DNA from: a virus
Taxonomy: Duplodnaviria > Caudoviricetes
Virus record (IMG/VR): IMGVR_UViG_3300020161_000132
Location: 1 to 59,436 of that record
Direction: 5' to 3' (one strand)
DNA: 59,436 bases
Shown: in pieces, positions 11,275 through 20,450 of the stretch
Numbering within the stretch: the first letter of the stretch is position 1
Layout of the letters: the number at the start of each line of letters is the position of its first letter
Made by a program: the position numbers and the translations under genes
Notes under the pieces: model-generated
Seen by the model: only the letters and a program-made list of their open reading frames with translations
The model's database searches: none
Told to the model about the DNA's origin: nothing

Positions 11275-12079
11275 TCCGTACACCTACGGCGCAACCGATA
11301 ATGCGGCATCTGATGGCCTTTCTTGGGTCATGGCTAATGTGATTCCAGACATACCCGGGCTAGATATCAGCGGTGTTTTTTATCAATACACCATCGACAA
11401 AGACCCAGCCGCAGATGCCTTGGTCCATGTGCAGAATGAAAACGCCTTGGGCGATGGCTACATATTCCGCGAGACAGATGATTGGTCTGGTATCGCCGGA
11501 AACACAATCACAAAGGGCGTCCCTGTAGCTAACATCCCAATCGAGTATTGGGGACTTGGATCAATTGAGGTCGAAGGCGAAGGCACAATCTCTGACGCCT
11601 CTGTGGTCTACTCCTTTCGTGTTGACGAATGCGCTAATGCGCAGTCAAACCCTTCCTGCGATGGCTATGTGCCCCCAGTGACTCCTGTAACTTTTGACGA
11701 ACAGGAAACATACGATGCCTTGGAAGACGAGGCATACAAGATCGCAAGTCAAAAAACTGACCAAGAATATCAAGAGGATAAGGAATCCACAGAGGAGCAG
11801 AGCGACGACAAAGAGCGTAAAGCCCGGCTTGAACGTGGGTTAGCCGCTTCAAAAAACGCGCTGGCACTAGCCAACGGTGTTTCTCAGGATGCTATTATCG
11901 CCTCAATGAGTTATACTGATGATATGAACGCTTACTATGCTGCCGAACTTGATGGTGGCTCTTACGCAGATACAACCGTGCTAGTTGATGGAAAACTCCC
12001 CGAAAACCAGCGCGGGTTAAGGAACGGGCTAGCGCAGCAAGTTCTGTATGAGCAGATCATAGACCTGCAATACGAATAG
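11210..12079 (+). CDS. Exported protein (beta-rich domain, Cys pair, acidic helical tail)
   Basis: Signal peptide ending SHS-D; DECANAQSNPSCDGY; acidic coiled-coil-like segment. Confidence 0.7.
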   Translation: MTKQNWVLALCLVSWASLSHSDPYTYGATDNAASDGLSWVMANVIPDIPGLDISGVFYQYTIDKDPAADALVHVQNENALGDGYIFRETDDWSGIAGNTITKGVPVANIPIEYWGLGSIEVEGEGTISDASVVYSFRVDECANAQSNPSCDGYVPPVTPVTFDEQETYDALEDEAYKIASQKTDQEYQEDKESTEEQSDDKERKARLERGLAASKNALALANGVSQDAIIASMSYTDDMNAYYAAELDGGSYADTTVLVDGKLPENQRGLRNGLAQQVLYEQIIDLQYE

Positions 12080-12090
12080 GAGATGTCAAG

Positions 12091-12585
12091 ATGAAATACT
12101 TAGCAGTCGTTATTCTGGCCGCACTGCCCCATATGGCGTCCGCCGAGGGTGTCCAAATTGAAGGAAACGTCCAAGCAAAGTGCGTCATCCGCACGGATCG
12201 CACGGGCGTATATGGTAACCCCACAGCAAACAAACTGAGCGCAAGTCCCGCTGATGGCGGTGTCACCCCGATTATCCGGTATGATGTTGCTTTGGCGGGG
12301 TACTACGTTGCGCGTATCACGCATCCTACTGCGTTTTCAACAAGCCCCACTTTGACAGATACTGTCGAATGGACAGGCGGTGCATCCGTATCGAGTGTGT
12401 CAAACCCACAGATGTCAACATACGATGCGACGAAAGTTGAGTATGACTCGACGACCGAGTTTAACTTGGCTGTAGCTGGGACAACGTGGTTCAAAGTCGC
12501 TTCAACTGCGGAATACGGCTACAACAAGGCGTTTCCTGCTGGGACGTATCGCGCTGTCATTCAAGCGGACTGCATCGCAAAATGA
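12091..12585 (+). CDS. Fimbrial/Csu-type pilin-like exported protein
   Basis: AGGAG RBS; signal peptide ending ASA-E; VQIEGNVQAKC N-terminal strand; C-terminal FPAGTYRAVIQADC. Confidence 0.6.
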   Translation: MKYLAVVILAALPHMASAEGVQIEGNVQAKCVIRTDRTGVYGNPTANKLSASPADGGVTPIIRYDVALAGYYVARITHPTAFSTSPTLTDTVEWTGGASVSSVSNPQMSTYDATKVEYDSTTEFNLAVAGTTWFKVASTAEYGYNKAFPAGTYRAVIQADCIAK

Positions 12586-12962
12586 AGCTAGCAGTGGCAA
12601 TGATCTTGTTTGCAACGGGTGCGGGCGCACACGACATGACGCCCGCATACCCCATCCTGCATCAGTCTTCTGTGCCGCAGATCATGCAAGCCGATTTGTC
12701 ATTGTATAATGCCCGTGACGATGTTGAGTACTACTCCATTAGCGTCTTGGACGGTAACATGAACCCTATCCAATTCGCCTCGGCGCAGCGCGTAATGCAC
12801 GTCCCTCCGGGGAGCCGGAAAGACTTTGAAATTTATATCCGCGAAGCTGACGTAGAGCGTGTCGTCTACGTATGCACAACATCCATGCTTCGTGCGGGGG
12901 AAAAGAGCAACACTATCATATCGTCTCGCATCTGCTCACGTTTGGACGGTGAAAAGGCATGA
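12582..12962 (+). CDS. PapD-like single-domain periplasmic chaperone-like protein
   Basis: Start reassigned to ATG 12582 (ATGA overlap); signal peptide ending AGA-H; MTP, LSLYN and VPPGSRKDFEI resemble a pilus chaperone N-domain; Cys pair. Confidence 0.5.
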   Translation: MKLAVAMILFATGAGAHDMTPAYPILHQSSVPQIMQADLSLYNARDDVEYYSISVLDGNMNPIQFASAQRVMHVPPGSRKDFEIYIREADVERVVYVCTTSMLRAGEKSNTIISSRICSRLDGEKA

Positions 12963-13363
12963 AGAGGTTGGCTGTTATCTTGGTATTGGTTGGCGGGGCG
13001 GCACAGGCTGACAGCACTTCGCTGGCACTACAGCTCCCCACTGCGTCAATGAGCTATCAAAGCGACAGTTTCAGGGCCAATAACTTAGATTGCAGCATGG
13101 CAATCGGCGGCTCCACAAACCTAGAAATCGGTGTGATGGGTGGCGTCAACAATCTTGGCGGTGCGGAGCTTGCACCACAGACAAAAGACATCGGGATATT
13201 TGCAAGGATTGTCATCCCTCTTAATGCACCTAAGTCGCGGATTGACTGCAATCAGCTCTACCTGCTGGAACTGCAGCAGCGCCGACTAGAGATACAGCAA
13301 CTCCAAGCGGAACTTGACGCAATGAAAGCACTGCAAGACGAGCAGATGAATTTCGAACCATGA
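12959..13363 (+). CDS. Exported protein with amphipathic beta-hairpin and C-terminal coiled coil
   Basis: Signal peptide ending AQA-D; TNLEIGVMG and DIGIFARIVIPL strands; Cys pair; heptad-rich tail. Confidence 0.7.
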   Translation: MKRLAVILVLVGGAAQADSTSLALQLPTASMSYQSDSFRANNLDCSMAIGGSTNLEIGVMGGVNNLGGAELAPQTKDIGIFARIVIPLNAPKSRIDCNQLYLLELQQRRLEIQQLQAELDAMKALQDEQMNFEP

Positions 13364-13860
13364 CAGAAAGCCGTGATCTTGGGGAAGTGCTTGAAGAGGT
13401 TGAGGGCCTAAAAGATAAGGCTTTCACCATCCTCGGCCTTCGGATGACACCAACAACCATTGGTGCCGCTATCGCATTTCTATCCACTATCTGCGGTACG
13501 TTATACGGCGGGTTTGTCATGTACCAAAAGGTCGAAGAGGTCGCATCTATGGACCTTGGGGCCTACCAACAGCAGATGGAGGTCATGGACACCAAGGTGC
13601 AGGAGGCACTCGACTACGCCCGTGACATCAAGAACGGCTTGAAGGACGACATCATCAGGCTTGAAAAACAAGTCGATAGAGCAGAAGATGCTGTACGAAA
13701 TAACGAAGAAAAAGTAAGAGCTTTAATCGACGATGCTGAGACGCGGTTCGAGACAAGGCGTGACCAACTTCGTATGTCACAAGATCAGGACATGAAGGAG
13801 CTGGAGGACAGGCTAACGAACAAACTGCAGCGGGCCTTAGACAACCCGCTCGCCCAATAG
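13360..13860 (+). CDS. Membrane-anchored coiled-coil protein
   Basis: One hydrophobic segment (IGAAIAFLSTICGTLYGGFVMY), then ~100 aa of heptad pattern. Confidence 0.75.
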   Translation: MTESRDLGEVLEEVEGLKDKAFTILGLRMTPTTIGAAIAFLSTICGTLYGGFVMYQKVEEVASMDLGAYQQQMEVMDTKVQEALDYARDIKNGLKDDIIRLEKQVDRAEDAVRNNEEKVRALIDDAETRFETRRDQLRMSQDQDMKELEDRLTNKLQRALDNPLAQ

Positions 13861-13871
13861 AGGACGACGAA

Positions 13872-14060
13872 ATGAAAGAAAAACTACTTTGGCTGGTCTT
13901 CGTCGCTGCTATCGGTGCAGTTTTCTATTTTTCCGCGAACGGATTCTATCGTTACCCGTGCCAGAACCCAAGCAACTGGACTTTGTCCGAATGCCAACCG
14001 CCCCTTTGCACCGCTGCAAAGGAATGCCCTGAAGACTTGATAGGAGATGTAAATGGCTAA
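13872..14060 (+). CDS. Small membrane-anchored Cys-rich protein
   Basis: N-terminal TM; YRYPCQNP.NW...ECQPP.C....ECPEDL with four Cys. Confidence 0.7.
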   Translation: MKEKLLWLVFVAAIGAVFYFSANGFYRYPCQNPSNWTLSECQPPLCTAAKECPEDLIGDVNG

Positions 14061-14316
14061 GGAAGACGCAGCAGTTATGGAAGCCAAGCTTCGCTATTTC
14101 ATTGGCGTGGCTCTGACCGTCATCCTTGGCGGTACTATCTTTGTAATCTTGTACAGCTTGGTATTCGTGACCCAGCCCATGGGCGCATCCAGCGAAAATG
14201 ATCGCAAGTTCTTTGAGCTATTGACGCCCATCGCGTCATTCATCGTGGGTGCGCTCGGCGGTGTCCTTGCGGCCAGCAACAGCAAAGTCCAGCAGGACGA
14301 GGAGAAGGCAGAATGA
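14053..14316 (+). CDS. Putative holin (2 TM)
   Basis: Two hydrophobic helices, charged C-terminus, located upstream of the endolysin. Confidence 0.55.
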   Translation: MAKEDAAVMEAKLRYFIGVALTVILGGTIFVILYSLVFVTQPMGASSENDRKFFELLTPIASFIVGALGGVLAASNSKVQQDEEKAE

Positions 14317-14495
14317 TTGGTAAACTTGTCGGCGCTCTGATGGGGCGTAAGCTGAAAGAGAAGATGGCTGATGCTGTGCTGGACAAAGTCGATCTGCCTG
14401 ACCCAGTGGAGAATGCCATCAAAGTTGCAGTCACGGGTAACGTAGGCGACCTGCTTGGCGCGGTAGCAAAAGGCGTGGAGAAGAAAAAGAAATGA
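14313..14495 (+). CDS. Small lysis-region hypothetical protein
   Basis: ATGA overlaps at both ends; 60 aa. Confidence 0.6.
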   Translation: MIGKLVGALMGRKLKEKMADAVLDKVDLPDPVENAIKVAVTGNVGDLLGAVAKGVEKKKK

Positions 14496-15322
14496 CCCTG
14501 ACCAAAGACCACGTCATTCACATCCTGCATGGCAACGCAGATGCAGCGGCATGGGCAGATGCTGCTATGGAGATCTTGCCCAAGTATGAGATCAATACCC
14601 CCAACCGCATTGCTGGCTTCTTTGCCCAGTGTGGTCACGAGTCCATGAACTTCACGGCCTTGTCGGAGAACCTCAACTACCGCGCAGAGACCTTGGAAAA
14701 GTTGTTCTCCAAATACTTCTCAAAGGCTGGGCGCAACGCTGCAGACTACGCTAAGCAGCCTGAAAAGACCGCCAATATCATCTACGGGGGCCGTATGGGC
14801 AACGTGCAAGAAGGCGATGGCTACCGCTTTCGTGGGCGCGGCGTAATCCAATTGACCGGGCGCGACAACTATACTGCGTTTGGAAAAAGCGTTGGCATGT
14901 CGCCGGAACAAGTGATCGACTATGTGACCACCAAAAAAGGCGCGTTGGAATCGGCTTGCTGGTATTGGAACTCTCGCAACATCAACGCTGCGTGTGATGC
15001 CAATGACATCGTCAAGATGACCAAGCTGGTCAATGGTGGGACAATCGGCCTTGAAGATCGCCGCAAGCACTATGAGTCCGCTCTGGCCGTTCTTGGTGGC
15101 GCTACTCCTGCACCGATTACTAACGCTGCGGCCATCCCCGGCGTCTTGAAGAAGGGTTCTACGGGCGAAGCAGTCAAGCGGATGCAAGCTGAACTTGGCC
15201 TTGAGGATGACGGTGTATTCGGCCCCGGCACTGAGGCTGCTGTAAAAAAGTGGCAAGCTGCCAATGGCCTTGCCGCTGATGGTATAGTCGGACCAAAGAC
15301 ATTGGCTAAACTCTTGGCGTAA
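14492..15322 (+). CDS. Endolysin: glycoside hydrolase family 19 with C-terminal peptidoglycan-binding domain
   Basis: AQCGHES, ENLNY, FRGRGVIQLTGRDNY, VNGG..GL.DR; C-terminal DGVFGPGT...DGIVGPKT. Confidence 0.92.
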   Translation: MTLTKDHVIHILHGNADAAAWADAAMEILPKYEINTPNRIAGFFAQCGHESMNFTALSENLNYRAETLEKLFSKYFSKAGRNAADYAKQPEKTANIIYGGRMGNVQEGDGYRFRGRGVIQLTGRDNYTAFGKSVGMSPEQVIDYVTTKKGALESACWYWNSRNINAACDANDIVKMTKLVNGGTIGLEDRRKHYESALAVLGGATPAPITNAAAIPGVLKKGSTGEAVKRMQAELGLEDDGVFGPGTEAAVKKWQAANGLAADGIVGPKTLAKLLA

Positions 15323-15350
15323 GTTATAATCCCGGCAACAGGAGGCTGCT

Positions 15351-17558
15351 ATGCCGTTAATGAAGCTTCAGTTCCAGCCGGGACTTAACCGCGAAACCAC
15401 TGCTTACGCAAATGAAGGTGGTTGGTGGGACTCGGACAAGGTCCGTTTTCGTATGGGCTACCCAGAGAAAATTGGTGGTTGGGCTAAGAAAAACACTGCG
15501 GCCCTACTGGGGAGCTGCCGCGCCATCCATCCGTGGGTGGCGCTTGATAACAGTGAGTACATTGGGCTCGGTACTTCTCAGAAATACTATGTATACGGCA
15601 ACGGTACATACAACGACCTTACACCTATCCGGGCCACTACCACTGCAGGGGCGGTAACTTTTGCTGTCGCAAGGACTACACTAGCCGCTGCAATCACCAG
15701 CCCTAGTGCAACTTCACTTACGCTTACATCTGGCGCTACGTTTCCCTTGGGTACAAGTACACCTGCAGTTGGGGGGCTTATCCTCATCGACTCTGAGCAG
15801 ATTCGGTATACAGGTAAAAGCGGCAACACGCTTACGGGCCTTGTACGGGGCGTCAACGGTACAATTGCCACTACTCACACAAACGGCACTACAGTTTTTT
15901 GCGCCACCCTCACCGTGACAAACACAGGTCACGGCGCTGTGCAGAATGACTTTGTGACTTTTTCTGGTGCAGCGAGCCTCGGCGGTAACATGACTGCCGC
16001 AGTGCTAAACCAAGAATACCAGATCACCGATACCATTTCAGCTAGCGTCTACATGGTAGAAGCCCGCACTGCGGGTATAAGTATCGCGGCTGCAACAACC
16101 TCAACAGGGGTAAGTTCTGCCTATGCAGTATTCTGCAGTGCAGGAGATACTACGACTGGTGGGGCGTCGACGGTCGGCGTGTATCAGATTAACACGGGCC
16201 TAGGCACATCTCTAATCGGCGCTGGCTGGGGCGCAGGTACTTGGAGTGGTACAGCAACTGGAGGTTTTGCGGCCACAGGCTGGGGCGCTGCGGCTAGCTC
16301 TTCGATCACGGGGGCTTCGCTTCGTCTCTGGAGCCACGATAACTACGGCCAGAACTTGCTATTCAACGTGCGCGATGGGGGTATCTACTACTGGGATAAG
16401 AGCGGGGGTTATGCCCGCGGCACGGCAATATCGGCACTTATCGCTCCTTACTCACCTACAGGCGCTGTCGGCAAAGCCCCGACTATCGCTAAACAGGTTC
16501 TAGTCAGCGACAACGACCGCCACATCATTGCTTTCGGGTGCGACGACGAGTTCACCCTTGGAACGCAAGACCCGTTGCTGATCCGCTTTAGCGCGGCGGA
16601 AAGTATTACTGAGTGGCGTACACTGGCTACTACAGACGCAGGGTCTATCCGTATCGGTTCCGGTTCGCTTATCGTCACTGCGGTAGAAACTAAACAGCAG
16701 ATTATCGTCATCACGGATACTTCCGTGCACGCCATGCAGTACCTAGGGCCTCCGTTTACTTTTGGCCTGACGATGGTCTCCGACAACATCTCTATCTCCG
16801 GACCTAACGCGGCTATTGCAGTGGACGACTCGGTATACTGGATGGGTGAAGGCGACTTCTACATCTACAACGGTATTGTTTCGCAGGTACCGTGCGATGT
16901 GAAAGACTACATCTTCTCTCGTATTGACCCTACGCAGACGCAAAAAGTTACCGCTGGGGCGAATATCAACTACGGGGAAGTCTGGTGGTTCTATCAGAGC
17001 AATACCGAGGGCGTGACTGACAACGATTCCTATGTCGTTTACAACTACCAGCAGCGTATCTGGTATTACGGCTCATTGACCCGCACTGCTTGGACGCACA
17101 AGAACCTAGGCATTTTCCCAATTGCCGTTGGCACAGATAACTATGTCTACCTGCACGAGCAGGGCTTTGACGACGGCAGCACAGACCCTGTATCCGCTAT
17201 TGGCGCATATATCGAATCTTCTGGGCAAGACCTTGGGGATGGTGACTCGTTTGCCTTCATCTGGCGCGTCATTCCTGACCTTACATTCCGTAACTCTACG
17301 TCAGATATCCCCACCGCGTATATGACCGTGCAAATGTCTAACTTCCCCGGTGCAGATTTCACTGGCGCACCTGCAGGATACAGTAACGGCAGCACTATCA
17401 CACGGACAGCGACCTACCCAGTTGAACAATTTACAAATCAGGTCTTCACGCGCTTGCGGGGACGTAGCTTTACGTTCCGTATCGAAAGCAACCAAGTCGG
17501 AACTGGGTGGCGTCTCGGTGCCCCGCGCCTAGATATTCGCACTGATGGCAAGAGGTAG
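15351..17558 (+). CDS. Tail nozzle / stabilisation protein (tail tubular B-like)
   Basis: AGGAGG RBS; 735 aa, beta-rich; KVRFRMGYPEKIGGW near N-terminus and WRLG..RLD...DG.R at C-terminus; precedes the ejection genes. Confidence 0.65.
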   Translation: MPLMKLQFQPGLNRETTAYANEGGWWDSDKVRFRMGYPEKIGGWAKKNTAALLGSCRAIHPWVALDNSEYIGLGTSQKYYVYGNGTYNDLTPIRATTTAGAVTFAVARTTLAAAITSPSATSLTLTSGATFPLGTSTPAVGGLILIDSEQIRYTGKSGNTLTGLVRGVNGTIATTHTNGTTVFCATLTVTNTGHGAVQNDFVTFSGAASLGGNMTAAVLNQEYQITDTISASVYMVEARTAGISIAAATTSTGVSSAYAVFCSAGDTTTGGASTVGVYQINTGLGTSLIGAGWGAGTWSGTATGGFAATGWGAAASSSITGASLRLWSHDNYGQNLLFNVRDGGIYYWDKSGGYARGTAISALIAPYSPTGAVGKAPTIAKQVLVSDNDRHIIAFGCDDEFTLGTQDPLLIRFSAAESITEWRTLATTDAGSIRIGSGSLIVTAVETKQQIIVITDTSVHAMQYLGPPFTFGLTMVSDNISISGPNAAIAVDDSVYWMGEGDFYIYNGIVSQVPCDVKDYIFSRIDPTQTQKVTAGANINYGEVWWFYQSNTEGVTDNDSYVVYNYQQRIWYYGSLTRTAWTHKNLGIFPIAVGTDNYVYLHEQGFDDGSTDPVSAIGAYIESSGQDLGDGDSFAFIWRVIPDLTFRNSTSDIPTAYMTVQMSNFPGADFTGAPAGYSNGSTITRTATYPVEQFTNQVFTRLRGRSFTFRIESNQVGTGWRLGAPRLDIRTDGKR

Positions 17559-17560
17559 AT

Positions 17561-17794
17561 ATGGCTTCTCGTAACATACCAAGTATTACGTTTCCGGTAC
17601 CGCCAAAGGTATACGATCAGCGTTACATGGCTGAGATGACCCGTGTGTTCGCGCAATACCTACAGCAACTTCAGAACCCCGGTGAGGGGCGCAACACGAA
17701 TATCGTACTTACCGATGTGCCTACCAGCGCTACGGGGCTTAAGTCGGGCACTATCTACGTAGACGGGAGCGGGTTTCTAAAACTTGCCCCATAA
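17561..17794 (+). CDS. Small virion-module protein
   Basis: GAGG RBS; 77 aa; PTSATGLKSGTIY motif. Confidence 0.6.
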   Translation: MASRNIPSITFPVPPKVYDQRYMAEMTRVFAQYLQQLQNPGEGRNTNIVLTDVPTSATGLKSGTIYVDGSGFLKLAP

Positions 17795-17861
17795 ACTTCG
17801 TATGGAACTTATGCGCTAGTGTGTGCTAGTATGGATCAACTCACGGATAACGGAATACATC

Positions 17862-19391
17862 ATGTACTCTCCTCAGTTCCTTGCCCAGCTACGGGCATAT
17901 CTAGCTAGCGGCGGCAAAGAGAATTTTGGCGGCGGGATCAGCGCACTGTCGCCTACCCCCATGCCTGTCGCAGCCCCAGAGGAAGACGACCTGTCTAAAG
18001 GTATTACCGCGGGGCTGAACTCTTTCAAGCAGCACTCCGTGCCACAAGATACGAAGCTAAAGACCTACATCCCCGGCGGCGCTACACGTGAGCAGATGCC
18101 GATTCCTGTGGTGATGCGCCAACCCCCTGCGGGATACCGCCCCGGTATCGACCCTGAGTGGAACTATGGCATCGCAAATCCGCAATCCGCCACGGACATC
18201 AACTCCTACAATATCGAACGCACTAAGAATATGGTTGGCGGCGGTACAGTATCCACTGGAAACAAAGAAGCGGACCGCCGCATAGCGGCGGGTGACCAGC
18301 GCGTTATCAATAATCAAAAAGCCGCCGCTATGTACTCGGCGCAGGAAAACGCTCGGGACGGTACGCCAATTCCAGAGCATCTAAAGCGGTGGCTCCCCAG
18401 CGGGGGTGGGCGCGAAGTTAACCTGAACAAGCTTGTCTCTATCGCTAACCCTACCGCCCCCGGCAAGTACAAAAACTTCTGGGATCGTATCAATGGCGGC
18501 GGTCCCGGCGCGGGCTACACGGGCTTGTTCGATATGATTAACGGTGGGGGTATGGGCGGTTCCTATGCTAACCCCGGTACAAACATTCGTGGTCTTGGTG
18601 CAATTGTACGGGACTACCAGCTAGGCGGCATTGGTGCAATTGCCCGTGACGCTGTGAATGGCGGTGGTTTCGGCACTTTTGGGGATAACTTCCGCGGTGG
18701 TCGCCGTGCGATGATCTTGAACGCAGTCGGGGCTAACCCTGCAGGGTCGGAGCGCAGCATCTTTAACTTTATTCCTGAAGCTAACGAAGCCACAGTTGCG
18801 TGGTGGGAAGAGAACCAGCGTAAGAAAGACAAAGAGGCCGCGGAGACTGCGGGCACGCCGGGCACGCCGGAAGGCAAAGCTATGGGCGGTATTGTTGATA
18901 GCGGTGTGCCCGTTAACTTCGCCAAAGGTGGTATTGCGGATATCCCAGACCCTGCAACGCAGGCCCTCGCAGGCAACGAGAAAGACCTCATATCCGGCGC
19001 AATCGCAGCCATCAAAGGCGAAGTAGAAGACCCGCGCCCGATTCTGGGTGCCTTCCTCGCTAAGTATGGTGAGGACGCACTGCGTAACCTCGTAGATAAA
19101 GTTCAGTCTGGCGAGGTTGATGAGACCGCTGCGCGTAGCTCTGGGATGCTGAAAGGCCCCGGCGATGGTATGGATGACCGCATCCCCGCTAAAGTTGAGG
19201 GTGGGCAGGATGTACTTCTTGCAAATAATGAGTATGTTGTACCTGCAGACGTAGTGTCGGCTCTCGGTAATGGGTCTTCGGATGCAGGTGCCGAGCACAT
19301 GGACAAGATGCTAGAGCGTGTACGTACCGCCGCCCACGGCAAGTCTACACAGCAAAAGAAAGTCACAGCCGAAAAAGTACTTCCGGCATAA
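17862..19391 (+). CDS. Internal virion / ejection protein
   Basis: Start uncertain (17823 GTG or 17862 ATG); C-terminal GPGDGMDDRIPA...LANNEYVVPADVVS domain; AMGG and FAKGG motifs. Confidence 0.65.
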   Translation: MYSPQFLAQLRAYLASGGKENFGGGISALSPTPMPVAAPEEDDLSKGITAGLNSFKQHSVPQDTKLKTYIPGGATREQMPIPVVMRQPPAGYRPGIDPEWNYGIANPQSATDINSYNIERTKNMVGGGTVSTGNKEADRRIAAGDQRVINNQKAAAMYSAQENARDGTPIPEHLKRWLPSGGGREVNLNKLVSIANPTAPGKYKNFWDRINGGGPGAGYTGLFDMINGGGMGGSYANPGTNIRGLGAIVRDYQLGGIGAIARDAVNGGGFGTFGDNFRGGRRAMILNAVGANPAGSERSIFNFIPEANEATVAWWEENQRKKDKEAAETAGTPGTPEGKAMGGIVDSGVPVNFAKGGIADIPDPATQALAGNEKDLISGAIAAIKGEVEDPRPILGAFLAKYGEDALRNLVDKVQSGEVDETAARSSGMLKGPGDGMDDRIPAKVEGGQDVLLANNEYVVPADVVSALGNGSSDAGAEHMDKMLERVRTAAHGKSTQQKKVTAEKVLPA

Positions 19392-19403
19392 GGAGAGTCG
19401 AAC

Positions 19404-20447
19404 ATGAGTTTTCTTCCCGGTCTTTTTGGCGGCAATAAGCCCGCAAAGTCTACCCAGACAAACGAAATCCCGAAGGAATGGCAACCCTACTACGGGCGTA
19501 TGCTGGACCGTGCCGAAGCTGCATCACTTGCTCCGTACCAACCTTATGGCGGGCAGCGCCTAGCAGGCAATAACGCGGACATCTACGGCTCTCACGCTAT
19601 GATACGCAACATCGCTGGGCAGGGTATGCCGGGCACTCAAGAAGCCATGGACATGACCCGCAATGCCGCTGCGGGCGCAAACCAATTTACAAACGCCAAC
19701 CCCTACCAATACTCACAGTTTGACTACGGAGATGCGGGCGAGTTTGATGATTCCGCCGCCAAGAAATATATGTCGCCGTATATCCAGAACGTGCTGGACC
19801 TGCAGAAAGAGCAAGCAAACCGGGACTTTCAGACGCAAAACGCAGGTCGCGCTTCGCAAGCTATACAGTCCGGCGCTTTCGGTGGCTCTCGCCAAGCTGT
19901 GCAACAGGGCATGGCCGAAAATGACCTACTTAACCGCCAGAACATGACACAAGCCACGGGGCTGCAGAACGCATACATGAATGCACAGCAGATGTTTGGC
20001 GCAGACCGCCAAGCGCGTATGGCTAATGAACAGGCCCGCGCCGCAGAACTATCCCGCGTGCAAAGCGGGCAGGCTGGCGAAAACTTTAACCGCGACCGCC
20101 TCGGCCTCGAAGGACTGCAGTTCCAAAACGAGTCGGCGCAGCAGCTCTCCTCCTTGGAGGCTCGTGCCCGTGCAGGAGACATTCAGGCCGCACAGCTTCT
20201 CGAAGCTGCAGGTAAGCAAGAGCAAGGACAAGAGCAGGCTGGGTTGGATATCGGTTATCAAAACTTTCTGGACCAGCGGCAGTATCCGTGGCAGCAAATC
20301 CAAAACTACTCCGGCATTCTGCAGGGGCTTCCTGTTGGTAACGCAGGTACTCAGTCGGGTACTCAAACTGGCGCACAACCCGGCGGGCTTCAACAACTTG
20401 CTGGTTTGGGCATCTCCGCGCTCGGCCTCTACAATGCGTGGCAGTAA
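19404..20447 (+). CDS. Internal virion / DNA ejection protein
   Basis: AAGGAG RBS; Gln/Ala-rich helical; YQPYGGQR, YMSPY and GAFGGSR motifs. Confidence 0.75.
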   Translation: MSFLPGLFGGNKPAKSTQTNEIPKEWQPYYGRMLDRAEAASLAPYQPYGGQRLAGNNADIYGSHAMIRNIAGQGMPGTQEAMDMTRNAAAGANQFTNANPYQYSQFDYGDAGEFDDSAAKKYMSPYIQNVLDLQKEQANRDFQTQNAGRASQAIQSGAFGGSRQAVQQGMAENDLLNRQNMTQATGLQNAYMNAQQMFGADRQARMANEQARAAELSRVQSGQAGENFNRDRLGLEGLQFQNESAQQLSSLEARARAGDIQAAQLLEAAGKQEQGQEQAGLDIGYQNFLDQRQYPWQQIQNYSGILQGLPVGNAGTQSGTQTGAQPGGLQQLAGLGISALGLYNAWQ

Positions 20448-20450
20448 ATC

